A DNA stretch of 64,000 nucleotides from Felis catus. Its lineage: Eukaryota. Made by a program: the position numbers and the translations under genes. Positions 1 to 11,203 of the stretch are shown piece by piece. The notes beneath the pieces were generated by a model. It saw only the letters and a list, made by a program, of their open reading frames with translations. It did no database searches and had not been told where the DNA came from. Numbering within the stretch: position 1 is the first letter of the stretch; each line of letters begins with the position of its first letter. The stretch lies in the NCBI RefSeq assembly GCF_018350175.1, contig NC_058368.1, positions 140,618,001 through 140,682,000 on the forward strand, given 5' to 3'.

Positions 1-618
1 AATTTTCTCTTTATCGTTATATTTTGCCAGTTTCACTATGATATGTCATGCAGAAGATCGATTCAAGTTACGTCTGAAGGGAGTTCTCTGTGCCTCTTGG
101 ATTTCAGTGCCTTTTTCCTTCCCCAGATCAGGGAAGTTCTCAGCTATTATTTCTTCAAGTACACCTTCAGCACCTTTCCCTCTCTCTTCCTCCTCTGGAA
201 TACCAATTATGCGTAGATTATTTCTCTTTAGTGCATCACTTAGTTCTCTAATTTTCCCCTCATACTCCTGGATTTTTTTATCTCTCTTTTTCTCAGCTTC
301 TTCTTTTTCCATAATTTTATCTTCTAGTTTACCTATTCTCTCCTCTGCCTCTTCAATCCGAGCCGTGGTTGTCTCCATTTTATTTTGCAGATCATTAATA
401 GCATTTTTTAGCTCCTCCTGGCTGTTCCTTAGTCCCTTGATCTCTGTAGCAATAGATTCTCTGCTGTCCTCTATACTGTTTTCAAGCCCAGCGATTAATT
501 TTATGACTATTATTCTAAATTCACTTTCTGCTATATTGTTTCAATCCTTTTTGACCAGTTCGTTAGCTGTTGTTATTTCCTGGAGATTCTTTTGAGGGGA
601 ATTCTTCCATTTCGTCAT
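1..618 (-). pseudogene. L1 ORF1, inactivated
   Basis: In-frame TGA stops at 541-543 and at 46-48 (the latter CGA>TGA before HIIVKLAKY); the frame is otherwise intact to the window edge. Confidence 0.9.
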
Positions 619-1511
619 TTTGGATAGTCCCTGGAGTGGTGCGGACCTGCAGGGCACTTCTCCCGTGCTGTCTTGAATAACTTGCGTTGGTGGGCGGGGC
701 CGCAGTGTGACCCGATGTCTGCCCCCAGCCCACCGCTAGGGCCACAGTCAAACTGGTGTGTACCTTCTCTTCCCTTCTCCTAGGGGCAGGATTCTCTGTG
801 GGGTGGTGTGGCCCCTGTCTGGGGTACTTGCACACTGCCAGGCTTGTGCTTGGGATCTGGCGTATTAGCTGGGGTGGATCACCAAGTGCACAGGGGCAGG
901 AGGGGCAGGCTCAGCTCACTTTTCCTTTGGAGATCCGCTTCGGGAGGGGCCCTGTGGCACCGGGAGGGAGTCAGACCCACCGGAGGGATGAATCCGCAGA
1001 AACACAGCATTCTGTGTTTGCGAGGTGCAAGCAAGTTCCCTGACAGGAACTGGTTCCCCTGGGGTTTTGGCTGGGGGATGGGCGAGGGAGATGGCGCTGG
1101 CCAGCGCCTTTGTTCCCCTCCAAGCTGCGCTCTGTCATCCAGGACTCAACAACTCTCCCTCCCGTTGTCCTCCAGCCCTCCCGTTCTCCAAGCAGAGCTG
1201 TTAACTTATAACCTCCCAGATGTTAAGTCCCGCTGGCTGGCAGAACCCACGCAGTCTGGCCCCTCCACTTTTCAAGCCAGACTCCGGGGCTCTGCTTGGC
1301 CAGCAGGCTCCCTCCCGCCAGTCCGTGCAGCGCGCACGCCTCTCCGCCCTTCCTACCCTCTTCCGTGGGCCTCTCATCTGTGCTTGGCTGGGGAGAATCC
1401 GTTCTGCTACTCTTCTGGCGATTTTCTGGGTTATTTAGGCAGGTGTGGGTGGAATCTAAGTGATCCGCAGGACGCGGTGAGCCCAGCGTCCTCCTACCCC
1501 GCCATCTTCCC
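1..1511 (-). mobile_element. LINE-1 (carnivore/felid type), 5' UTR plus ORF1 N-terminal portion; element continues beyond the window's left edge
   Basis: Minus strand begins GGGAAGATGGCG (YY1-type L1 5' end) at ~1511, followed by a CpG-rich 5' UTR. ORF1 ATG at 618 gives MTKWKNSPQKN...; the coiled-coil and RRM-like peptide NNLRIIGIPEEEERGKG...IIAENFPDL is typical of L1 ORF1p. Confidence 0.95.
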
Positions 1512-1581
1512 TATACCTGAATTTTTGACTGCACAGGGTGTTGGTGCTCCTAACCCCCACATTGTTCATGTGTCTACTATA
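1512..1581. mobile_element. Tigger2-like (TcMar) DNA transposon end, interrupted by the L1
   Basis: ttttgactgcacagggtgttggtgctcctaacccccacattgttcatgtgtctacta-TA resembles the Tigger2/MER28 terminus (...CCCCTAACCCCCGCGTTGTTCAAGGGTCAACTG-TA), recalled from memory. Confidence 0.6.
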
Positions 1582-1969
1582 TATAAGTATATTCGTGCAT
1601 ATACTGTAGTATTTTATGACTGGTTGATAATTTATTTTTAATAATAAGGTAGTACGGAGAATGGGCCTCCAAATAGATACCCTTTGCTGGTGTTGCAAAA
1701 ATTTGCCAAGTTCCATGACTTTGCTCTGTATTTTTCTTTCCTGGACCTTCTAGTCTATTTCCTAAGAACCTGTGGTATGATGGAGATGGTTGAAGGTTGA
1801 GCTGGTAGATATGGTTATTATTCTTTTGGTATATCCATGAGTTAGGGCTCCAGATGTTATTTTACCAGGTGGTTTAATAGAAGCAATTTGTGATAGTAAT
1901 TAGTCATAACTAAACCTTAAAACTATCTTAAAAAACATGTCTGACTGTTAATCTCTAGGAGGCCTATCT

Positions 1970-2143
1970 ACACTCCCCAACCACGTGCAGCTACTTTAAT
2001 CATTAAAATTAGATAAAATTTAAAATTAAGTTCGTCAGTCATACTGGCCACATTTTAAATGCTTAATAGTTACATGAAGTGTATTCGACAGCCCAGTCAG
2101 AGAACGTTTTCATCATCACAGAATGTCCTATTGGACAGCATTG
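1970..2143 (-). mobile_element. MER3/MER33-like hAT-Charlie DNA transposon fossil
   Basis: gtcagtcatactggccacattttaaatgcttaatag...catcatcacagaatgtcctattggacagca matches the reverse complement of MER3. Confidence 0.7.
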
Positions 2144-2434
2144 GCCTGTATGGACCTGGAAATTTGCTCTACTGATACTATAGGGAATTGTTTGATTTAG
2201 AACTATCTCTGTTTTGGCATCCGTCACAAAGTGGTAACATAATCTAAAGAATAGAATGTATATCCAAACCTCTTTGTATTTCAGGGTTTTTTTTCTGTAC
2301 ATCTCGACATTAAATTTTTCCAGCTCTGTTGTTCTGTGGTTCTGTCACTCATTGCCTTCACACTGCTATCTAAGTGAGGTTTCCACTAGAAATTAGCATT
2401 CCTCCTGCTACTTGTATATAAAGTTGTCCTCCCA

Positions 2435-4100
2435 TTTTATAACACCTTCACTGAGATATAATTTATATACCATAAAATTCACCCATTGATTGTTTTTATG
2501 GTGACTTTTATGGATTTAAAAAGTTGTACTACCATCACACTATCTAAATTCATAATATTTTCATCACCCCGAGAAGATACTTTGTAGAGTCACTCCCCTT
2601 TGCCTGTCCTCCCGTTCCCCCCACCCGCAACCACTGGTCTACTTTGTTTCTGTGGATTTTCCCATTGTGGATATTTCATATAAGTAGAATAGTGTCTAAG
2701 TTTTTATGTGAACCTGTGGTTCCCTAAAGTGTATATACCTAGGAGTAGAATTGCTAGATCAGATGGTTATTCTGCGTTTAGTATTTTAAGGAACTGCTTG
2801 TTTTCCATTATGACTACCATTTTCTGTTCCCACCAGCAATGTATGAGAGTCCCAGCGTCAGCACATCTTCACACTTGTTACTGTTTGTCTTATTTTTATT
2901 GCCGTCCTAGTGGCTATGAAGTGGTATCTCATTGTGATTTGGATTTGCATTTTCCTGATAACTAATATTGAGTATCTTTTCATGCGATTATTAGCCATTT
3001 GTGTATCTTCTTTCAAGAAGTGTGTGTTCAAGGCCTTTACCCATTTTAAATTGGGTTTTCCTTTCTTATTGTTGAGTTGTAAGAATTCCTTATATATCTG
3101 GTATACATGTATATAAGGTGTACGAGTCTTTTATCACATAGAGGATTTGCAAGTATTTTCCCCCATTCTATAGATTGCCTTCACTTTCTCTGGTGTCCTT
3201 TGAAGCATAAAAGTTTGCATTTTTACATCCTGTGTATTTATTTTTTTTCTTTAGTTGTGTTTCTGGTGTCACTATTAAAATTAGCACCTAACCCATGGCC
3301 ACAAAGATTTACTCCTGTGTTTTCATCTAAGTGTTACATAGATTAAGCTTTTACACTTCAGTCTGTGATCCATTTGGAGTTATTTTTTTGTGTAGGCTCT
3401 GATGTAGAGAGTCCAGCTTCATTCTTATGCATGTGGCTGTCCAGTTGTCCCAGTGCCGTTTGTTATAAAGACTTGTACTTGTTGAGTTGTCTTGGCAGTC
3501 TTGTCAAAAATCAGTTGCCCACAAATGTAAGGGTTTATTTCTGAACTCTAAATTCTTTTCCATTGATCCATACATCTATCCTTATGCCAGCACCATGCAG
3601 TATTGATTAACTGTAGCTTTGTAGTAAGTTTTGAAATTGTTAAGAGAACTCCAGTTTTGTTCTTTTTTCAACACTGCGTTGGTTATTCTTGGTCCCTTGC
3701 ATTTACATGTGAATTTTAGATACAGCTTGTCAATTTCTGTTTGAAAGAAAAATGCAATTGGAATTTTGATAGGGATTACCCTGAATCTATTGATCAGTTT
3801 GAGGAGTATTTCCGCCTTAACAGTATTGTTTGGATCCATGAACATGAGATGATTTTTCCATTTATTTAGGTCATCTTTAATTTTTTTCAGTGGCGTTTCG
3901 TGGTTTTCAGCATACGTCTCATGCTTCTTTTGTTAAATTTATTCCTGTTTATGATTTAAGTAGTTATAATGTATTTGTGATTAGAATCTATTCCAAATGG
4001 AATTTTCTCCTCCATTTCATTTTCACATCGTACACTGAGTGTGTGTAGAAATACTCTACACTTTTGTACATTGACCTTGTATCCTGCAGCCTTAGCTCTG
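2435..4100 (-). mobile_element. Old L1 (L1M-type) 3' end with ORF2 remnants
   Basis: Typical antisense L1 text (cctaggagtagaattgct, gtggtatctcattgtgattt). ORF 3582-3845 gives INRFRVIPIKIP...FKTYYKATV, a degenerate ORF2 segment. Confidence 0.9.
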
Positions 4101-4235
4101 CTTATTAGCTCTTAGAGGTTTTCTTATGTGCAGGGGGTTCCCTACCCCCTTTCTAACTCCATCTTTCTTATAGGTGATTCTAGAGAACTTATGATGTACT
4201 GTGACTTAAGAGGAAAACTTTTTTTCTTGCCCTAG

Positions 4236-4399
4236 GAATCGTAGCTGTAGGGTACATCAATGAAGCTATTGATGAAGGGAATGCTTTGAAAACTTTAGAT
4301 ACTCTGCTCTTACCTACTGCTAAGATCAAAGATGTGGATCCAGACTGCGCCCAGCACTACCAGGATGTTTTATACCATGCTAAAATGCAGAAACTCATG
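4236..4399 (+). CDS. IQGAP2: IQGAP2 internal coding exon A (probably exon 13 by human numbering)
   Basis: cctag|GA...ATG|gtgagt; 164 nt; IVAVGYINEAIDEGNALKTLDTLLLPTAKIKDVDPDCAQHYQDVLYHAKMQKLM. Confidence 0.95.
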
Positions 4400-5349
4400 G
4401 TGAGTCTTAGTAGGTTTGTTGCTTTTAAATTTACAGACTGGGTGGGGGGAGAAGGGCTGAGAGGGAGGATTTTCTTGATTTGTTTTGCCTACGGCTTATG
4501 AGATACTCTTCCCACAATTGCCTATGGACCAAAATGGAAATAATAGGGCTATTTTTATCCTGGTGTCAAACATGAGCAGGAAGCTGGCTCCAGAGCTAAT
4601 CACTGCTTTTACTTTAACTAAAACCTCACTGGTGGGTGAGTTCTTGTTCAGATTCCAATTCATTGGATATTTACTGAGCACATACTGTATACATAGTGTA
4701 CTGTATAGTGTGTGGTAGAGGGAAAAAGGGTAGAAGGAACACATGACATTTGAAGATCTCTGTCCTTCTTAAGATGCTGAGAAATGGAGGTAGTGGGCAT
4801 TCTTATATAGAAGAGTTAAATAACAGTAGAGATGAGTATGTGACACAGTGTGAAAACAAGGCATGCACCGAATACTTCAGAGACCATGGATTTTTGTGGG
4901 CTAGAATCCTAAGAGGAGTGGTCATGGAGAGAGAACAGGAGCTGCCCCTGGAAGGGAAGGAGGAGCTGGTTAGGTGGGCGGAAAGCAGGATGGTGCAGGC
5001 TGGGAATACAGTGCTGGGCAGGTGTGAGCCTGGTTTGTTCTCAGCACAGGAAGAGACTGACCTGGCCACAGTCCCTTTGAAGAGCACAGGATTTTTTCCA
5101 TGCTGCAGAGCTTAGACTGGTGTTAGGAAGTGTTCCACAGATACTGGCCAGTGTTGGAAGGGTGCTGAGTGGTGAAGCTTATGATCTGTTCCTTGAGAGT
5201 GAGAGAGAGATGCTCCCTGGAACCGACCCCACTCATAGATGCCATGTCTCCAGCTGCAAGCCAAAACCTCAAGGAGTGGAGGTCTTCTCTGTATAGGTCT
5301 TTCCACCCCGAAACTGCCTCATCTGAAGCAGGAACAGCATCTTTGATTA

Positions 5350-5560
5350 GAACAAACATTTATTGAGCACCTGTTGTTTGCCAGGCATGATACTCCGTAT
5401 TTGTATGCATATTATCTCATATAATCCTCATAATAATCCATAACAGCCATGTGGGTTAAATGTCCTTATCATTACTTACAGATAATGAAACTTAGGCTAA
5501 GTAATGTATCCAAAACTATCCAAAAAGTAATTAGTTCTGCAACTATGCCCTGGTCCAATG
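5350..5560 (-). mobile_element. MIR SINE
   Basis: aacatttattgagcacctgttgtttgccaggca...ttatctcatataatcctcataa...ttacagataatgaaact, MIR core. Confidence 0.7.
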
Positions 5561-6759
5561 GATTCAGAAACCTGTATTATAAAGGCAGAGGGAAGGGGAT
5601 GTTTATTGTTGCATTGTAATAACAAAAGACCCCAAACAATATAAATATCCTTCAAGAGAGGCCCAGTTAAGTAAGTTGCATTATATCCATATAGTGAAAT
5701 ACTCTGTGGTCGTCAGAAAAATTGAGTGAGCCTATACTGGATAATCTTCAATATGTATATTGTTAAGTAAAAAAAAAAAAAAGTTTCCACATGCTTGAAA
5801 ATGGGATACACACCCATAATAAACATACTCTTGCATGTGCATAAATTATGTCCAGAAGGAAACACCTGGAAGGTGAACTAGAAGTCTGGTGTAGATGGGA
5901 GACTTCTTTGTTTTCTGTTTTTGTGCTGTTGGGATTTTACTTTCTTAGAGAGTACATGTATTACATGATGAATGTTTCTAAACTTAAAAAAAAAATGTAA
6001 ACAACTCACAAAGGGCCAAGATTTCCCTGGTAACTTAGTTTGTGGAATAGGACCTACTGCCCCGGCTGAGGTGTTCCCCTTCAAGGCAGCTCATTTTGAT
6101 GCAAGGTATTAGAAATTATTTTGGCATAACGTAGTCTCCAGCAGCATAGGGAAGTGTTGACTCTGGCAAAGAGAAGTGAGTGGTGAGGGAAGAAGAAAAT
6201 AAATTTTTAATATAAACTTCGTACCATGTATTATCTATGCAAACATATTTTTAATAAAAATTAAAGTGTATATCTTTTTATGTATGTGCATATTTATTTA
6301 CATTTATATGTTGCATACATATGCACATATAATCCTATGTACTACTGAACTGCCTCATTAAAGGTGAATAAAAACATCCCTCCAAGGCGGGGACTTTTGT
6401 ACTGTTAACCTGATGGGGATGGCAGCAGCCTTGCCCTACCCCCTGTGCTTTAGGGGTGCCCTCACATTATTTATCTTCATTTGACCCTCACAGCAGCTGT
6501 GTGGCTGGTTGCCCTTTCAACTGATGGGAAGGAACGGGACTGGTCAATAAATAGCGGGCCAGCGAATAGGAGAGTGAAACTGAAACCCAAGCCTTGTGCC
6601 CCCACACCCCACGGAGGGGAGAATGGGTCTCCGCCTGCCATCCCCACTGATGGAGCCAAGACTGTGGCCCGAGGCACACTTGTCAGCATTGGAAGATACA
6701 GTTACTCGCTTTGGAGACAGACAGGCACCATTCCAATATTGGCTTTGTCAAAGTAACCA

Positions 6760-6870
6760 GAGATTTTAGTCAAGTCCCTTGAATTCTCTATACTTCCATT
6801 TCCACACGTGTAAAATGGATATAATAGTGCCTATCTTACAGGATCGTGATGAGGGGTTAAGAGTAACATA
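6760..6870 (+). mobile_element. MIR fragment
   Basis: caagtcccttgaattctcta...tgtaaaatggatataatagtgcctatcttacaggatcgtgatgagg. Confidence 0.6.
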
Positions 6871-7704
6871 CAGATGTAATAAAGTGTATTTGTATGTTCA
6901 CGTACTTATGTTTCTATAGATTATGTTAACATGTAATCATATATAATTATACTGTGAACATACACGTGTTTGAGTGTTCAGCATTTTGCATGGAGCTTGG
7001 CACCCCAAAAAAATACTGAAATAATGTAGCTAATATTATTGTGGGTGCCAGCGGTTGCCCAGGTAAGGGCTGAGTGATGTCTGTGTCACAAAGTCCTTGC
7101 TAGACACACACAAATTGTTGCATCCACAAACCGCACGTGGGATCTTCTGGGTACAGGATAGAGATAGACCTAGGTTCCTCTCTGCCCACAGCCACATGCG
7201 GTTTGTCCTTGACTCCACAAATCTTTCATAGGCAGGCTATGCAAGTCCCTTCCAGAGCATTCCAATCCGATAGCTTTAGGTCAAGATGGAGTGCCGTGGG
7301 ACCTCACCAGGGCACTTAGAAGCCTTTGCTGGGTGTCTCCACTTTGCCATCTGTCTGTCAGGCTTGCTTCCTAAGTGTAAGAGCAGCAGCTTTACTAGTG
7401 GAAATAGAGCATTAAATATGAGCCTAAGGATCTGGGTTCTAGCTCAGGCTGGAATTAAACTGCTTCGGCCTATAAAATGAGGAGCCTGAATTGTATTGGC
7501 AAGAGCTAACAGATTTAAAACATTACAGTTCCAAGCAATGAATATGATTTGGTTTAATTGCTATTTTTAAACACCATTTTCTTTTTCTGCCCATTAATTT
7601 TGAAACTTTTTTTTTCTCCGCCTGTTTTTTCCCCTGGGGAAAAAAACTGATTCTTTGCTTATTTGATGAGGTCTATGTGTGTGTGTATGTGTGTCTGTGT
7701 GGGG

Positions 7705-7863
7705 TTTTTTTGTTTTGTTTTTTGTTTTTGAGAGAGAGAGTGGGGGAGAGAGAATATTAAGAAGGCTCCACGCCCAGCGGGGGTTGATCTCATGACCCTG
7801 AGATCATGACCTGGCCAAAATCAAAAGTCAGACACTTAACTGACTGAGTTACCGAGGTGCCCC
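7705..7863 (-). mobile_element. CanSINE, older subfamily
   Basis: T-rich tail, (GA)n, tgagatcatgacctg...ttaactgactgag...ggtgcccc. Confidence 0.8.
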
Positions 7864-8056
7864 ATCTGTGTGTGTTTTTTAACATTTGTGGTTTGGATGC
7901 TTGGAAGTTGCGGTTGTGTTTTGATGGAGATAATTCTGTGCCTTGCCTTCCCAAGATCTGGCCTTGAAAATAATAGAAAAAAAATTATATTACTAGTATT
8001 GCCAGTATAAAGTAAAACTTGTGTGAAAACATACAGCTGTTAAAGATCACATTGGA

Positions 8057-8240
8057 GGGGCTCTGGGTGGCTCAGTCAGTTGAGAGTCTGACTCTTGATT
8101 TCGGCTCAGGTCATGATCCCAGGATCATGGGATTGAGCCCTGCATTGGGCTCCATGCTGAGCATGGAAACTGCTTAAGATTCTATCTCTCCCCCACCCCC
8201 CCACTTCATGTGTTCTCCCTCTCTCTCTAAAATAAAAAGA
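8057..8240 (+). mobile_element. CanSINE
   Basis: ggggctctgggtggctcagtcagttgag...ctcaggtcatgatc...(CT)n-aaaataaaaa. Confidence 0.85.
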
Positions 8241-8702
8241 ATTTTTAAAAACGATGACAATGGATAACATCTGCATGGAACGGATGGCCAGTTTTATCAA
8301 AGGTTGAGGACAGGGATTTAAGCTGGTGAGAATTCTTGCTCCTCGTTAATAATATTTCAAGTGTAACCTTGTGTAGAAACCAAATTCCTTTTGTCTCAGG
8401 AGAAAGGCTGGGTAATGCGCATGTTGGCACATACTTAGCAGAAAACACACTTTGTTCACCAGAGGCAGTGAATTGTGAGCTGTTTTAAAATTGAAGGCTT
8501 TCCTTGAGACTTTATGAATTAGATGCCCAAAAATGTTCTGTTTTGCTACGTATATATTTACTGCACAAGAGTTGTGTGCTTTTAACAAGTGAATATTACT
8601 ACATTTTTCTCTTACATGAAACTGTATTACACATGATGGCTTTATTTGCAGAAACCAATTCCTTTCATTGAAGTTTCTGTCATCTTAAAACTTATTTTAA
8701 GT

Positions 8703-8906
8703 TTCTTTTTATGTTTTTTTTTCTTTTTTCTTCAAGTAATCTCTGTACCCAATGTGGGGCTGAGAGAAAGGGAGACCCAGAATCTGAAGCAGGCTCCAGG
8801 CTCTGAACTGTCAGCACAGAGCCCCACACAGGGCTGGAACTCCTGGACCGTGAGGTCATTACCTGAGCCAAAGTCTGCCTAACCGACTAAGACCCGCAGA
8901 CACCCC
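8703..8906 (-). mobile_element. CanSINE, degenerate/composite
   Basis: cagaatctgaagcaggctccaggctctgaactgtcagcacagagccc...cagacacccc. Confidence 0.8.
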
Positions 8907-10009
8907 ACCCTTTTTTTTTTTATTTTTTAATGTTTTGTTATTTTGAACTTTTAAATGATTTTATGAGTAGGTTCTAACTTACCTTTTTTTTTTTTTTACA
9001 TGCCCAACCAAAAAATAATGTCCCTTGTCATACAAGGTACCTTGCCTTCTCAGTAACAATTGAATGGGCTTTCATACTGCTTTGCTGCTTTGAGATTTTA
9101 TTCATTCACTCAGCAACATGTTATACAGAGCATGGATCTGGGCCCCACAAACCCTGAGAAGGCTTGGGTCTACAGGAAACTAAAGGAGGGAGAGGAGTAG
9201 CCCCTTCTTTACTATACAGGGTGTTTAATAAGTATTTATGAAATTAATATTTGTATATAAATGTCAAAAATACAAGAAAGGGAGATGAGAAAAATGAACT
9301 TCTAGCTTGAGAATCAGAAGAATGGTCCAGACTTTAAGAGATGGAAAGAATTAAGGCAAACATGTTAAAAACAGCTTTACAGTTAGAGAGGCAAGAGCAG
9401 AAAGGAGAAGTCAAGATTATAGCAAATCAAGAAGCTTGGCTGGTGCCCACTTTGCAGGCAAGGTTTATTGGGAAGTAAAGTGGGGAAATTATCTCTGAAT
9501 GTCAGGCTAAAGATTTATAACTTATTCCAAAACAGTGAACAATCATTGGCACTGTGTGAGCTGGGATTTTTGAGGGATGTGTTCGATATGATCTCAGGAA
9601 GATTAATCTGGCAATGGCCAGTGAAATAGAATAGGCTGGCAGTGAAAAGAATGGTTAGAAGGCAAATGTGGGATTAAGGTAACGGCCCCTAGTGATAAAA
9701 ATCACTTCGAGTGAGCTGATGAGGCACCACCTGTGTGAGAGTTGGAGAAGGAAGACGAATCAAAAATGACGCCAAACACTGAAAACTGAGATCTTAGCTT
9801 CTCCCTGTGCTTCGCCCTTGTCCCACCTCCTCCTCCAGGACATGTAGGGTTGAAACCTATTGGAAGTAGGGAAGATGGAGAATTAAAGGTCTTGAAGTAC
9901 CATCAGGCAAGTGTGTCAGTTGCCCTAAAGATGATGATATCTTTTCTTCTGCTCTGACACTCTTAAAATCCTGAAAAAGTATTAAAATAAAAAAGTGCTT
10001 TTGTAGTGT

Positions 10010-10015
10010 TTTATT
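10010..10015 (-). terminator. Candidate F2RL2 polyadenylation signal (AATAAA)
   Basis: tttatt on + is AATAAA on -, ~115 nt after the stop. Further candidates at 9464-9469 and 9097-9102; which is used cannot be told from sequence. Confidence 0.3.
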
Positions 10016-10130
10016 TTGAGGCAGTATTTCTTAGGAGCTCAAGAATGGAGTTAGAGGGTAGGAGAACCCTTTGCACTCGGCATATATCGTCCCAAGAAGG
10101 TGTGTTTTCACAGATGGTGTTCCTTGTTCT

Positions 10131-11203
10131 CTAAGGTGATTTCACCATTGTAAGGTAAACAGTGGAGTGATCTATGATTTTTGACATAAGAAAGTAAAGG
10201 AGTGGATCTAGGCAACTATTCAGGCTCCCAAGGCACAAAGCTATGAGATAGACAAAATATAAGCCATCAGTATTGTTGTAGTAGTAGTTAGCGTGGTGAA
10301 TAATGAGGATAATATTGCTTGGAGCAAAGCAAATGGTGAAAATCAAAAGAATGAGGAGACTCGCCTTAACATACCACAGCCATCTGTGATCATATGCATT
10401 AAGCGTCCGAATGATGACTGTGTAGCAGTAGATAATGACCACAAAGGGAATTAAGAATCCAAAGAATGCCAAGGATATGAAGTAGTAGAGTTGGAAGGGT
10501 GATGAGGACTCGCATGTGTTGTGGACATCATGGCAAGTGGTGATGTCCTGCTGGACAAGGTAATATTCCTGCTTCAGGATGAAGAATGGCAGCATGTATA
10601 AGAAAACCGTTGCCCACACCAGTCCACATGTCAGCAAGGTGTAAGTACGCTTGGGCAGACCTCGGTATGTGAAAGGATGGACAATGGCTAGGTAGCGGCT
10701 GATACTAATGCAGGCGAGGAGCAGAATGGAGCAGTACATGTTGCCATAGAAGATGACTGTGGTGGCCCGGCACATCACCTCTCCAAATACCCAGTTGTTC
10801 CCATTGAGGTGGTAAGCTATCTTAAAGGGCAGTGTGATGCAAAAAAGAAAGTCTGCCATGGCCAGGTTGGTGTAGAAGATGTTCATACAGATGGATCTGG
10901 TCCTGAAGAGGAGCATCCACAGGGTCACCGCATTGGCTGGCACACCTACTACAAACACCAGGATGTAGACGGCTGGGATCAGTTTGGTACTTAAGGAGCT
11001 GCTCAGGTACCCCATGGTAGCATTATTCACGTGGAGATTTGAAACCCTTTCTTCTGGGCAGTTAATTTTTACAGTTGTGGTAGTTCCTGTCCAGCCTTCT
11101 ATGGCAGAAAGGGGGAATTCTTCAAAAGAATTTGGGGGAACCCCACGGAAGGTCTTAATAGGTAAGGTTGGTTTTGCCAAGTTGTGTACGTCATTTGCCA
11201 TGC
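10131..11203 (-). CDS. F2RL2: F2RL2 / protease-activated receptor 3 (PAR3), exon 2
   Basis: ttgcag|GC ATG... to TAG at 10131. Thrombin site [10 protein letters not shown], hirudin-like FEEFP, 7 TM segments, ECL2 TTCHDVH, DPLLY. Joined to exon 1 it gives 378 aa. Confidence 0.98.

Noticed and set aside
38..595. 185-aa Ser/Phe/Leu-rich + strand ORF that looks membrane-like
   Set aside because: It is the antisense shadow of purine-rich L1 ORF1.
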